A stretch of 64,000 nt of DNA from Lytechinus pictus (GCF_037042905.1 NC_087251.1:3226001-3290000), one strand, 5' to 3'. Shown: positions 53,401 to 64,000, counted from the first letter of the stretch. The notes: generated by a model from the letters alone, not told the origin. Numbers and translations: made by a program.

Positions 53401-56400
53401 GTTTGTCCACCACCTCTACCCCTTCCCCTTCCTCTATAACCACCATCTCTGTCATTATATCTGTCATAGTCATTGCGTCCTTGTCCTCTGAAGTTATCAT
53501 TTCGGTCATATCTGTCACTCTGATCCCAGTCATTTCTGTTTCCTCCTCCTCGTCCCCCGCCTCTTCCTCCTCCTCCTCCTCCTCCTCCTCCTCTTCCTCC
53601 ACCTCCCCCTCCTCTTCCTCCACCTCGCCAGTGGCCACTTGGTGTTTCTCGAGTGCGATCATCATGTCCTGCAAGTATTCATTGAAAACAAGTGATAAAA
53701 AGGTCAGAGCTAATTCATGATCATATTCCAAACAATGTTTCAATTCACCAAGTCTTTGGAATTTTTTTTCCGGAGAAAAGAAACACCCCAAAACATGAAC
53801 TAGTTCAAAATCAATTACTCTACAGCTTATTCTTGGATTATCCCTTGGCACAAAATACATACCGTAAGAATGAAAAATTATGGTTAGTCTCTGCCATCTC
53901 AACATAATCTACCATAAAAAATGATTAAAAACTCCTCCAAACAGACTAATTTCTGCTGTCTAAGTTAACCCGCTGCATAGTTCGGAAATAAGACACAGAT
54001 TCATCACTTAATTTTAATGACAAAATTTTGCTTTTTGGAGGGTGTTTTGGAGTTTGGGCTTTTCTGTGCATTGGACTGTCATGTGAGTAGATTTTCTTGT
54101 GTTCGGTGTATGTCGTATATTTGACCATGTGACTGCAATCCACTCTTGAGTAAACATATCAAAAAGTCTTCAGCAGAGTGGGAAATCCATGCAGCACTAA
54201 ATCCACCCCCTGTACCAACCACACATTCCTAGCCAGGAGGCTTCTTGAGAGTAAAAATCATTTACTAACGTATGTTTACTCTCAATGAAGCCAGGGATTC
54301 CTTCTTATTCATCTGCGTGTACTGCCAAAAAACCTGAAACTTTCGCCCCCGAGATTTCTACTTTCCTAGTTCTAAAACATCTAGCCATAAATCATGTACA
54401 TGGGATAAAACTTTATTTCCGACATTTCTACGCTCTCGGTTTTATTTTTAAACAAGAATTCATTTTAAAAATGAGAAAAATATTGTGAAAAGACGGAAGA
54501 GACTTGCCCGATGTTTACGCCGCCATCTTGTTTCCTATTGTACTTCCCCAACGTTGAATTCTTGTTTAAAAATAAAACCGAGAGCGTAGAAATGTCGGAA
54601 ATGAAGTTTTATCCCATGTAAGCTACGCACTTTGTTTACAAACGATAAAAACTATGCCAATTTTAATATTCTAACAAATCATCTTTCACAAATTTGTGTT
54701 AAATATTGTAAAGATTCATAACCAAAAAGAAAATATCACAAAACTCACTAATACGAAAATCCCGCTGTGTTTTCCGAACACCTCTTGATTTCGCCGCCCG
54801 ACATAGAAGGGGTCCTTAAGCTACGCACTCAATTTATCATGCAAAGAAAAATAATTTCCTGTACCTAAACTTCTAAATAATGTTCATATTCTTATAGAAA
54901 AATATGAAATCAAAGTGAATATAACTCAAAAATTCCAAACAGTTGCTGGTTTTCTCTGTATTTAGCGATTTATTGCAGCCTCTGTAGAAAAAAAGTGAAA
55001 GGAATCGTCCGTCACACTGCAGAGTGCGCATTTTGCAATTGAAATTGCATGCGCATTGGAGTGGTGCGTAGCTTTAGGACCCCCTACCATACATGATTTA
55101 TGGCTAGATGTTTTAGAAGGAAAGTAGAAATCTCAGGGGCGAAAGTTTCAGGTTTTTTGGCGGTACATGCAGATGAATAGGAAGGAATCCCTGGCTTCAT
55201 TGAGAGTAAGCATACGTTAGTAAATGATTTTTACTCTCAAGAAGCCTCCTGGCTACACATTCCCTAGCCGGTTAATAGTTTCGGTTGATAGTTTTAAGAA
55301 AAGTTTAAGCAAAATTCAAATGTCTACTTTCATCCGGGGGGGGGGGGGGGGGGGGCACATCATCATGAATTCAAAATCAAATTCATCACTAGCCACACAT
55401 GCCTGCAGCAATCATATCCCAATTGAGGAGTTTGTCCGCAGTAACAGGAAGAAGCAGAAGAAGCCCTCCATTTTACATACCGTAAGAGCACTAGTATTCA
55501 ACCCGTTTGGAGAGTTTCCTCAAATATATAGACAAGGCTCGACATTAGCGGTGGCCCGGTGGCCCAGGGCCACCAAAAATTCACCTCGGGCAACCATTAT
55601 TGATAAAATGTTAAGTTTTGGTGGCCCGAATCGGGCAACCAATAATTTTCAAAGTAGCGCAATTTTTCTCCCAATTTTGCACGCATTTATCAACTTTCTA
55701 CAGCTCAAGTTGCAAGCCAGTTCGTCATGCGCCCTTTTTGTTGATCTACACACAAATACACACACACAAAGTTTGCATATTAGGCCTACAGCTACAGCAT
55801 AGAGTAGCTATTATCCAGCCAGACGCGCCGGCCGGCTGGCATGAGCTTTGCATGAAGCCACTGCATACAGCTGTGCTCTAGATCTAGCTCAGCCTATTCA
55901 GACTCGGGGAGCTGCGATAAAAAATGTTGCTGCTGAGAAATCTTCCACAGAACTTTGAAAATCTAAGTCAAAGTCACATTTTACACCAATGAAATGCAAT
56001 TCTACAGTCTATATTACGAAAATCTGGTGTACCCTGATTATTTGCAAGTATTAAGAAGAGGAATTATGACCTCTCTTTTGACTAAAAAAGACCGATTTCC
56101 ACATGAATTAATACACATAAAAACACATAGGCAAGTACATCACAGTCCCACGTGTGCATTTGTATGTATGTTGATACTTGGTTTCTTTCGAAGCTGTGTA
56201 TTTTCTAGCCAAAAACAAACAGACAGTTTCTTTCTTTCTTGTTTATAAATGACTTCTTAAACCACTCTTGAGAAAGTAAATACTTTGGGAAGGCATTTCA
56301 TTGATATGAAATGTGATTTTTTTTCCAACATTTTGGCAAACATAGGGAAGGACTTTTCTCACACTTTTTTCCAGATATAATTTTTGCCGTTTTCTTATTT

Positions 56401-58557
56401 TTTTTCCTTTGATTTTTTTTGACAGTGGTTAAACCATTTATACCCCTTCCCAGTGAATATGCCTGATTAAAAAATATGTTTCTACTGAAAATAAAATAAT
56501 ACAAACTAAAGGATATACAAATAAAAATGTGCCATTCCCAAAAAGTGAAAATTATTTGCTTGGCTTTTAATTATATTCCAGTCAGAATAGACTGTTGCCA
56601 CAGCTGTTAAAAATATATGTAATGGCTTCTTAATTTTCTCCTTTTCCCCATTTTTTTATTAACTTTGTTTTATTAATTTTTCTTTCATTTTCTTTTCTTT
56701 TTTCTCTCTAATTTTTTTCTTTTCTTTTTTTCCCTGTTCTTTGTTTTTTTCTTTCTATGATTTTCTTTCTTTTTATTTTATTTCACTAATTTCTTTTATT
56801 TTTGTTTTCTTTTTGTAATATACTTTTTGAAAATTATTTTCGTTTGTTTCCCCCTTTTATTCATTGTTTTAATTTTGCAGCATATTTTTCTGTGATTTTC
56901 TCCTTCTATAATATGCTGCAAAAGAGAAAACAGAAATAAACTGGATTTGGGGCATGCATAATCTAGGTTTTAGGATTCAAAGAGGAAGGAAGGAAAAACC
57001 ATTGTTTTGTACATCTATCTGAATTTGCTATGCACTATTTATTTACTTTACCATTATCTCTATACAGAGATTTTTAAAAAAGTCCACACAACCTGCGAAC
57101 AATACAATTCATTTATTCTCTTTCAATCATTTCATTTTTACAACGATAGAAACATTTATCAATTAGCAAAGTAAAATAACAGCAAACAAGGTTTACATAC
57201 AAGATGTATAAAGTAAAAGTAACATAGTGGTATTGGCTGCAGAATTAATATTTCAGAAGTTTGTTTTATTCATTTTTAATGTTTTTCTTTATATTTTTCG
57301 GGCCACCAAACTTTAATATCGGGCCACCAAAAAAAATTATTTGATGGTTTTGGTGGCCCAAACGGGCCACCACCAAAAAAAGTTAATGTGGAGCCTTGAT
57401 ATAGAAATTTGGAATTTACCTTAATTTCAGACCTGTCTTACTTCCAAGAGCAAATGCTGGTTATTCTTTTTGCGTTATTTTTTTCTTCAACCCGTCGACT
57501 GTGTGCGCGGGCGATCGAATTATACGGCGATGGTTTTTGGCACTAGTATTCAATCCGTCAGCACTAGTATTCAACCTAGCGATTATAAGATGGCCCTGTC
57601 TCTCAATCTGCCCTTGTCCCATCTGCCTATGGACTAGACCATTTGAGATGAGACCAAGAAACGGAATTAGTCAAAGCCAGAGACTTGCATAGATCTATCT
57701 AGTTTAGCAATTTAAACCATTTTGAAATTCGCTTATCATCACTAGGTTGAATACTAGTGCAATTCAGTGCAAAAGTGCTAAATATTTGGGGGAATTTGTC
57801 AAAATCTTTGAATTATGCCGGGTTGAATACTACTAACTAGTGCCCTTACGGTACTAATTGAAAATATTGTGGAATTGTGATTACACATACACTGATACAG
57901 CACACACTGACACCGGTAATCGTATCTGAGATTTTCGGCACACTTACTCAGAAGAATATAAGGAACTTTATCAACAGAAAATGTTTGTGAAATAAAAAGA
58001 AATTCATGAATTCATGTTAAATTTTAACTTTAAAAAATAGTTAGGCGAGCAGAGGCCACCCCCCCCCCCCCCCCTTTCATAATCAATGGCAATGCCAATG
58101 GTCTCTCACATTCAAAAGCGGTAGGATGGGGGGGTCGGGTGTCCGGACACTTTATCTTTTTGACGCCTTCTTTTTTGTCTTTGTATTACACTAAAAATAT
58201 AAATTCAATACTTGTAATCATCTTCTGTTTTGTTCTTTATAATATTTCCTAACGTTTTGTACTAAAAATTGATGAAACTTCGCTTGTATTTTTTTCCAAA
58301 TGACTTTCTAAAATTGATCGTCCGGACACACAACCTGTCCGGACAAACAACAACTGGGTACCGGAACCGTACGGTACAAAAACTACAAACTTTTCAACAT
58401 TCACACGCAGTATGATTGAGAAAACCGGCAAATATTTTCTTACACTTATCATGCAAAACAGAAAGAACATCTTTTTATATTTACCGTAGTAATTTCTACC
58501 ACCTCCTTTAGTAGATTTTGTCACTGTGAAATCTCCATGACGCTGAAAACTCGACAT
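35400..58557 (-). CDS. NXF1: Nuclear RNA export factor 1 (TAP), complete 19-exon CDS, 754 aa
   Basis: Exons (5' to 3'): 58557-58485, 53668-53167, 52835-52673, 50249-50166, 49624-49520, 48313-48169, 47802-47717, 46174-46067, 45645-45536, 42583-42547, 41970-41846, 41490-41430, 40814-40700, 40038-39923, 38819-38777, 38267-38137, 36622-36465, 36048-35988, 35441-35400. Total 2265 nt, in frame, all GT-AG. Domain order: RGG N-terminus, R-F-N-PY NLS, pseudo-RRM (WCKITIPYG), LRR ([17 protein letters not shown]), NTF2-like ([29 protein letters not shown]), TAP-C/UBA ([27 protein letters not shown]). Confidence 0.96.
35988..36048 (-). CDS. NXF1: NXF1 exon 18 ([20 protein letters not shown])
   Basis: acacag| ... 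|gttagt, 61 nt. Confidence 0.94.
36465..36622 (-). CDS. NXF1: NXF1 exon 17 ([14 protein letters not shown]...[21 protein letters not shown])
   Basis: cttaag| ... |gtaagt, 158 nt. Confidence 0.92.
36741..37614. mobile_element. Non-autonomous element with subterminal inverted repeats, internal tandem repeats and a terminal hairpin (DINE-1/Helentron-like layout)
   Basis: gtctcacctgca (36762) / tgcaggtgagac (37598); terminal hairpin gtctcac..gtgagac; 3-4 internal TGACCT-rich repeats. Confidence 0.7.
38137..38267 (-). CDS. NXF1: NXF1 exon 16 ([29 protein letters not shown])
   Basis: ctttag| ... |gtaaat, 131 nt. Confidence 0.93.
38777..38819 (-). CDS. NXF1: NXF1 exon 15 ([14 protein letters not shown])
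   Basis: ttacag| ... |gtaaga, 43 nt. Confidence 0.93.
38860..39337. repeat. Interspersed repeat with internal inverted repeat
   Basis: aaataatgaatgttcttttcatttgtgc / gcacaaatgaaaagaacattcattattt; CpG-richer body. Confidence 0.5.
39923..40038 (-). CDS. NXF1: NXF1 exon 14 ([10 protein letters not shown]...[15 protein letters not shown])
   Basis: gtttag| ... |gtactg, 116 nt. Confidence 0.93.
40700..40814 (-). CDS. NXF1: NXF1 exon 13 (SSFSLSIP...[11 protein letters not shown])
   Basis: gtacag| ... |gttagt, 115 nt. Confidence 0.92.
41430..41490 (-). CDS. NXF1: NXF1 exon 12 ([20 protein letters not shown])
   Basis: tcaaag| ... |gtaaaa, 61 nt. Confidence 0.93.
41846..41970 (-). CDS. NXF1: NXF1 exon 11 ([14 protein letters not shown]...LVPFLER)
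   Basis: aaacag| ... |gtattc, 125 nt. Confidence 0.94.
42097..42240. repeat. Degenerate (TAAA)n microsatellite
   Basis: aataaataaataaatg... Confidence 0.85.
42547..42583 (-). CDS. NXF1: NXF1 exon 10, the conserved 37-nt cassette exon ([13 protein letters not shown])
   Basis: tttttcag| ... |gtgagt, exactly 37 nt. Confidence 0.95.
42747..42953. mobile_element. About 205-bp MITE; related copy at 49249-49460
   Basis: TIR gtgatttcaag / cttgaaatcac and a shared cacaattcagattgcc block in both copies. Confidence 0.7.
44131..44243 (-). promoter_or_regulatory. Constitutive transport element (CTE)-like RNA stem-loop in the NXF1 cassette intron
   Basis: Sense RNA GAGCGUC-C-AUGACGGGUAAGA-UCCUC-AUUGUAA-GAGGG-CAACCUAAGACA-GAUGCUC. 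Both CTE signature motifs are present in the right order and orientation, closed by complementary stems, and lie in the intron orthologous to vertebrate NXF1 intron 10. Confidence 0.88.
45536..45645 (-). CDS. NXF1: NXF1 exon 9, the conserved 110-nt cassette exon ([36 protein letters not shown])
   Basis: taatag| ... AG|gtatgg, exactly 110 nt. Confidence 0.96.
46067..46174 (-). CDS. NXF1: NXF1 exon 8 ([20 protein letters not shown]...TLSLARNN)
   Basis: ttctag| ... |gtaagt, 108 nt. Confidence 0.94.
46719..47648. mobile_element. hAT-like non-autonomous element (930 bp)
   Basis: TIR taggcctgggact / agtcccagcccta, perfect 8-bp TSD CATCTTAC, subterminal cgggta repeats. Confidence 0.9.
47717..47802 (-). 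CDS. NXF1: NXF1 exon 7 ([28 protein letters not shown])
   Basis: aaacag| ... |gtaatt, 86 nt. Confidence 0.94.
48169..48313 (-). CDS. NXF1: NXF1 exon 6 ([11 protein letters not shown]...[17 protein letters not shown])
   Basis: ccacag| ... |gtgagt, 145 nt. Confidence 0.94.
49520..49624 (-). CDS. NXF1: NXF1 exon 5 ([14 protein letters not shown]...PSGYK)
   Basis: ttttag| ... |gtaatc, 105 nt. Confidence 0.94.
50166..50249 (-). CDS. NXF1: NXF1 exon 4 ([28 protein letters not shown])
   Basis: taccag| ... |gtaatg, 84 nt. Confidence 0.94.
50271..52086. mobile_element. hAT-like non-autonomous element (1816 bp)
   Basis: TIR taagcctgagtc / gactcaggctta, perfect 8-bp TSD GAAACAAT. Confidence 0.92.
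52673..52835 (-). CDS. NXF1: NXF1 exon 3 (NPYGNRK...WCKIT)
   Basis: cttcag| ... |gtaagt, 163 nt. Confidence 0.93.
53167..53668 (-). CDS. NXF1: NXF1 exon 2 (HDD, long RGG/Gly tract, [11 protein letters not shown])
   Basis: ttgcag| ... |gtaagt, 502 nt open in frame. Confidence 0.92.
54230..55255. mobile_element. Palindromic (foldback) element with a nested insertion in its right arm
   Basis: tagccaggaggcttcttgagag / ctctcaagaagcctcctggcta, TSD CACATTCC. Arms of about 230 bp. Insert at about 54621-55088 with TIR ggggtccttaagctacgcac / gtgcgtagctttaggacccc. Confidence 0.85.
55480..57851. mobile_element. Tc1/mariner (pogo/Tigger-like) MITE containing a nested element
   Basis: ta|ccgtaagagcactagtattcaacccg ... 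cgggttgaatacta...ctagtgcccttacgg|ta. Confidence 0.8.
55533..57398. mobile_element. TIR element with 7-bp TSD (possibly P superfamily)
   Basis: TIR caaggctcgacatta / taatgtggagccttg, TSD ATATAGA, subterminal ggtggccc repeats. Confidence 0.82.
58485..58557 (-). CDS. NXF1: NXF1 exon 1 ([24 protein letters not shown])
   Basis: Start context aacatcATG; donor G|gtaaat; phase 1 matches the next exon to give G-HDD (cf. EHDD of vertebrate NXF1). Confidence 0.75.
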
Positions 58558-58559
58558 GA

Positions 58560-58740
58560 TGTTCCGTTTTCCGACTTGTATTTCGGCCTCGCCGCCAGAC
58601 TCGTCATATGGCATACCGGTATGGGCGCGCGCACGTACAATTTACGTACGTACAGGGTCGACGTCTCGTACACCGTTGAAGTCGTCGATTTTAGTGGTCT
58701 TGCGCCACCTCACGTCTGACAAGTACAAGGCCTCGTCTCC
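58560..58740 (-). promoter_or_regulatory. Probable NXF1 promoter / 5' UTR (CpG-rich patch)
   Basis: Locally CpG-dense (gggcgcgcgcacgtac, tacgtacgta, gtcgacgtc) immediately upstream of the start codon, in an otherwise CpG-poor window. Confidence 0.55.
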
Positions 58741-60094
58741 AGCGTTGAGAAAGGGATTAAAACATATATATAACAAAGCATTTTTGGAAAATTTTAAAAA
58801 GCCATCCCATAGTCAAAACGGAAAACAGATTACACTTTCTATGGCACTACAATTCTTCGCAGCATTGGGAGGAGGAGGGGGCGGGGGGGCTTTTTTGGAG
58901 CTCCCTTTTCGGCCCAGCCTTTTGTTTTTTTACATAATTATAAGGTTCAATCTGGCAGGATCTTCTGTCCAGCTCCTGGTGGTATATAGTGGCATCTGAA
59001 AGGTTGACGGGGGAGGGACCAATTATCAACTTTACTTAGGCCCTACATGCATTACGCCACCAAAAATAATCCTCTTTTCTGAATTGTAATACAAAATTGT
59101 AAAACAAAAAAGGAATTACTATGCATACCGTATACAATGGCCCAACTACCATAGAATGCCATTCACCCTGGGCCTATATATCCCTGGAATATAAAAGTTC
59201 TCTTGATTGGTGACATAAACCCGGGACATAAACAAACATTTCCTTGAAAAGGGCACTTATAACAAATCTCCTTCCATAACAACTTTTTTGATATAGTGGA
59301 ATTACTGTGATTGCCATATTGTACCATAATTAATTTTTGTATCTCTATGCTCTCTTCAAATATCCTATATCCGGGTCCTATATGCAGCAATCCATGCTGA
59401 AACAGCCAATGGAATTAAAGCCTATTGATAAACAGCACTTTTAAGTTTATTATTTATAATATTCAGACCTGGGCCCCGTCTAAACTAAAGAGGTGCAATT
59501 TATCTGATCAACCTTAACTGTATGGAAATCCATCAATGTCATATTTTTTCTACAAGAAATTTGCACAATAAAGCCTTTGTAAACAAAAAGAAGCATGCAG
59601 AACTTTTTCAAGAAAGCAATGAATGTATGAATATACAACATGTAGGAAATATTTTGAACAAAGATGCATTTTAGATGTTGACGTTGTTGCTGGCCTTCCA
59701 TAGTTGCATTGATCAGATCAATATAGCAACTCTTTGTGAGACAGGAGGACCCTGATACTTTACCCTGAAATAACAGAAAAAATGGGGAATGTTTTCAGAA
59801 ATTTATCACTTTCCAGGAGGAAGGAGTCACCCCATGCTAAGCTTCCATATCCTATCCAATCTCAAATCACTTATTTCTCTTTATCTATCTCCTTTACCTA
59901 TTCTATCATGATCATGTACCTAATTTAATTGAAGTAAACACAACAAATTTGTATTTTATAAAATACATCATATTTTTCAAGCTGGCTTAAAATGGAAGTA
60001 ATGAATCTCTCATGTATTTAATCAATAAATATGCAACAGGTCCTGTCTAATGGTAGGTATCTTAGGTCAAATATGTATGTACTTGTATCACTAA

Positions 60095-61545
60095 CAGGCG
60101 CGTAGCCAGGGGGGCGGTGGGGGCGGTCGCCCCCCCCAAAACGTCCCCAAAAAGAAGGAAAAAAAGAGAGGAGAAAAGGAAAAGGGAAGGGAGGAAAGGG
60201 AAAAAAGGTAGCTTTGTGTTTTTTTTTTCTTTTTATTCTTTTTTTTTTCTCAAAAGAGAAACTCCTTCACTCTTGCTCTAAATTTATGGTTATGAATTTT
60301 GCTTCCGCGCTGCGCGCGGTTAAATGAAAATATTGAAGATCTCCAATTGTTTCCCCCACCCTTTCTCTAACCCTGTTTTTCTACCTCAGCTATATGTGTT
60401 TATTGCCAGTTAAAGTTCAAATGTATACATTAGGGCATGGAATTAGAGTAAGGTCAGGCCGAAGTATATGAAGTTATCTTTTTTTTAAATTGATCGCGCA
60501 ACTTCTGGTCGGGTCGGCTCCGGGCGGGTAAAATCTTTATATCAATTTCTGCCGTCACCTCCATAAAGTCAACTTCTCCCGCTTTTCAGCTCATTACTAA
60601 ACAACCATAATTTTTGGGGCAAACAGGTTCCTAATCCAAAAAGAGGAAGGTATAAAATTCGTATCGTATAAGGGTATTAAATAAAAAAGTACAATATTTT
60701 TTATCAAATTCTATTCAACTTCATGTCATTTCCCTGTACATTCATCTCCTGTCCTGTTTTTCGCCCTCAGTTTGAAATTTCGAATGACTCTTAAGTTTAT
60801 TTATAATTCAAAATGAAGCGCTTCAGGATAAGTCAAAGAAATTAGGCATCCTTTTTATATAATTTCAATAAATCACAGAAGTTTCAACTTTTTGCGCACT
60901 ATTTTCCTTTAAATGAAGTTCAATAATCTTAGAAAATTAATTGAATTAGAGCCGATGGGGTATTGGAGGTATCTGCATTATTTTGATGAAACATCCGCCC
61001 TTTGAAATTTCAGAGTTTCGTTGCTCTGCGCGGGGAGGAATTTCTTCCTCCATGCATATACACTTCTTCTCCTCTGTTTTGCGAGTTAAAGATATGCACT
61101 GTCGCTAAATTGTTTGTAATCAAATCTGATCTTTCCAAGGGAAGTATTCAATATATGTTTGAGAATATCCTTTTCTCGGGACCCTTTTCATGGCAAAAAA
61201 TTGATAAAACGCTTTAGCTGCCGCACTTCGCGCGGGGTTATTATCATTTTAATTTCCTCCATTGTATTCCTTTTTTGTGCGTTCACAATCTTTTTTTAAA
61301 ACAAGGTTCATGAAAACCAGGTTCAAAATCACAATATAGTCAACTGAATTCGAGCTGATATAGATACTAGAGACAAGAGAGACAACTCCTTTTCATTTTA
61401 ATTTATGAAACACCAAAAGCTTCGCGCGGGAGGGGGAAACTCCCCCTCCCTGCACCCACCCCCTAGGGAACGCGCTCTGTAAGCGTTGGCACGCTTCGCG
61501 TGCATTTACCACCCCCTCCAAAATGAAATCCTGGCTACGCGGTTG
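60095..61545. mobile_element. hAT-like non-autonomous element (1451 bp)
   Basis: TIR caggcgcgtagccagg / cctggctacgcggttg, perfect 8-bp TSD ATCACTAA. Confidence 0.9.
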
Positions 61546-61751
61546 ATCACTAAGTAATCTCTTTCATATCTTCCTCTTCCAGGCTCTCATCCATGTCTTT
61601 CCCCCTCCCTTTCATTTGTGTTCCACTTTGTCTCCTCCTATGCTATCCTGTTAAACCATGTGGTTTATCAAATTGCCTGTTATCACTATACTGTACCTGT
61701 TTTAGGTTACTGAAGACTTGTATTGTATGACCTTTTCTATTGCTAGATCAA

Positions 61752-62020
61752 GTCCCCGTCTTACAAAGAGTTACGATTGATCCAATCAATCGTAACTCTA
61801 TGGAGATCCATCAGTGTCATAATTTTTTTACAGGAAATTTGCAAACTGTCCTTTGTAAACAAAGGAGAACACACCAAATTGTCAAGAAATCAATGAATTT
61901 ATGGATGCATTCATATCTAGAATTTTTTTTTGAATAATCGTGCATTTTATATGTTGACTTTGCTGGCTTTCCATATTTACGATTGATCGGATCAATCGCA
62001 ACTCTTTGTAAGACGGGCCC
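61752..62020. mobile_element. MITE, same family as 15216-15483
   Basis: cccgtcttacaaagagttacgattgatcc / ggatcaatcgcaactctttgtaagacggg. Confidence 0.8.
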
Positions 62021-62225
62021 CAGGATTAGTTTCTCCATTATCACTGACAGGGAACGTGGGTACATGTCTCTATTTCATCATAAATATAGATGACTTATAT
62101 AAATAATGTAGCTAATTGAAATTATATACAAGTGGAAAATAATTTTGCTAAAAATCCTGTCATAAAAATATAAAATAACAAAAATTTAGTTAACTCACCT
62201 TTTTGCAAATAACATTACTTCTTAA

Positions 62226-62807
62226 AGGAGAATGAAACTCTTGGAGCAAGTTAGCTTTTGTGAAAGCAGAAAAATCAAAGAATAAGATCAACAAAAGTTT
62301 GAGTAAAATAGGACTAGCAATAGAAGAGTTGTGAGCATTTGAATGTCGAGATCACTAATGCTATGGAGATCCTCCTATTGGCAATGCGACCAAGATCTAT
62401 GATGTCACAGATGAACAACTCTCCCCTTTTGGACACTGAAAATATACCCCAAAACATCTCTTTTTGCTCATTCTAATCATATGACAAACGATTCATCAAT
62501 GATATAATGTTGTGAAACCTCTGTACTTGTCCTCTCATAAAAAGAACACCTCACCTTGTGATAGACTCTATAAAAGTGAGAATATAAGTGAAATAAGTAC
62601 TAAAGTAATGAGGGAGTTGTACGTGTGACATCACAGATCTTGGTCGCATTGCCAATTGGAGGATCTACATGGCATTAGTGATCTCAATATTCAAATGCTC
62701 ATAACTTTCTTATTATTCATTCAATCTTCCTCAAACTTTCAACAATATGTTTCTTTGATTTTTCTCTTTGATATGGATTCAGCTGGTTTCAAGGGTTTCA
62801 TTCTCCT
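62226..62807. mobile_element. TTAA-flanked MITE with long imperfect TIRs
   Basis: ttaa|aggagaatgaaac ... gtttcattctcct|ctaa; inverted internal blocks ttggcaatgcgaccaagatct / agatcttggtcgcattgccaa. Confidence 0.85.
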
Positions 62808-62986
62808 CTAATGAATGTGCTTTGCTTAAATTAATTTGACAGGATATTTTTTTCACTCATTGACAAATTTTTATCAGTTGTGTGAAAATGAGATTTATCC
62901 ATTAAAATGACTCATGAATGTACAAAAGCCAAAAGAATGAGGTCAAGGTTACACAATGTGAATAAAGCAAAACATTGTTATTTACT

Positions 62987-63219
62987 CAAGGTTCCACACT
63001 AACTTTTCTCGGTGGCCCGATCAGTCAACCAAAATCATCAATTTCATATTTTTGGTGACTCGTAAAGCAAATTAAGTGGCCCTAAAAACAATAGAAAATA
63101 TTACAATTTATCAAAACTTTGGTAGCCCAACCAGGCCACCAAGTATTGACTTTTACAGAATTTTGGTGGCCCAACTCTCATTTTTGGTTGCCCTAGGCAA
63201 CAGCTAATGTCAAGCCCTG
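62987..63219. mobile_element. Short member of the 7-bp-TSD family
   Basis: caaggttccacactaa ... taatgtcaagccctg, TSD ATTTACT on both sides, ggtggccc repeats. Confidence 0.78.
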
Positions 63220-64000
63220 ATTTACTGTTATTTTGGCAGAAAACAAAATGTTGAATATTGACAATTTTGGGCTCTTATGTGTGCTCAAGACTTGCTTATG
63301 CATGACTTGACAGATCACTATCATTTCACATAGAAGTTAAACGAGGAAGACTCCTTTCAAATATTTTGATAAAAACTTTATGCACTTTTGAAAAAGGGGT
63401 GTTATTTTTTCAACGTAAAACAGAGTTAAAATGAAATTGCCATGAATCAATAGGATACACCAAGACCAGCATACTTTTTTCTTCACCTTTCTTTATTGTA
63501 AAACTACCACTTACACACAATTTGTTCATGTATGAAGGAAATATAGATGACAGGCCAGTTGATTTACTTGCTTTACTTACAGTTGGAAACTATATATTCT
63601 TTTGCTTGAATGGATATTTAATATAATACTTGTGGATATTTGTCTGCATATTTGAAAGACTCCACTTTCTATTATATCATTATGCAGCAGAGAAGTTCAT
63701 AGAGGTAGTGAAGAATGAGAGGTGGGTAAAAATTCACCCCCTAAATCAATTTACACACATTTCAAATATGACCTGACCAAACTTGCATACATGAATGGTA
63801 TATACTTAAACATCAGCATTAAATCATTTGGTCCTTTGTGAGTACATTTTATCTGGAATTGGTCATACATGAAGTACCAAGGGGAGTCAAAATATAACTG
63901 CCATGGGTGCAAGTTCTCTATTAGTCTAGTTCTAGACTCTTTTTTTATTATTTGTAATTAGCCATATAGCACCAACTATAAATGTAAAGCCAACTGGTGG

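Noticed and set aside
53264..53905. 213-aa Glu-rich ORF (and the opposite-strand Ser-rich and His/Leu-rich ORFs)
   Set aside because: These are alternative-frame readings of the (GGA)n NXF1 exon 2. The spliced RGG frame carries the conserved NXF1 motifs.
55224..55881. 192-aa and 87-aa ORFs
   Set aside because: They run across junctions of unrelated transposon fragments and a poly-G tract, and have no domain signature.
58556..58999. 147-aa + strand ORF suggesting a head-to-head gene
   Set aside because: No recognisable homology or downstream exons seen; explained by the GC-rich promoter sequence.

Overview
AT-rich, intron-rich animal genomic DNA. The repeat families look like those of a sea urchin or other invertebrate deuterostome, but that is inference. 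Two convergent protein-coding genes are present. On + is adenylosuccinate synthetase (ADSS, 11 exons at 6696-25554; its first coding exon lies upstream of the window). On - is a complete nuclear RNA export factor 1 gene (NXF1/TAP, 19 coding exons at 58557-35400, 754 aa). The introns hold many non-autonomous DNA transposons with readable TIRs and TSDs, several of them nested, plus a deleted LTR element carrying a 50-bp minisatellite. The main finding is in NXF1. It keeps the conserved 110-nt exon / intron / 37-nt exon cassette, and inside that intron (44131-44243, - strand) is a stem-loop carrying both signature motifs of the retroviral/vertebrate constitutive transport element (AUGACGGGUAAGA ... 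CAACCUAAGACAG). An in-frame stop lies three codons into the same intron. Together these suggest a CTE-based intron-retention and autoregulation system for NXF1 in an apparent invertebrate; I know of such CTEs only from vertebrates and betaretroviruses.
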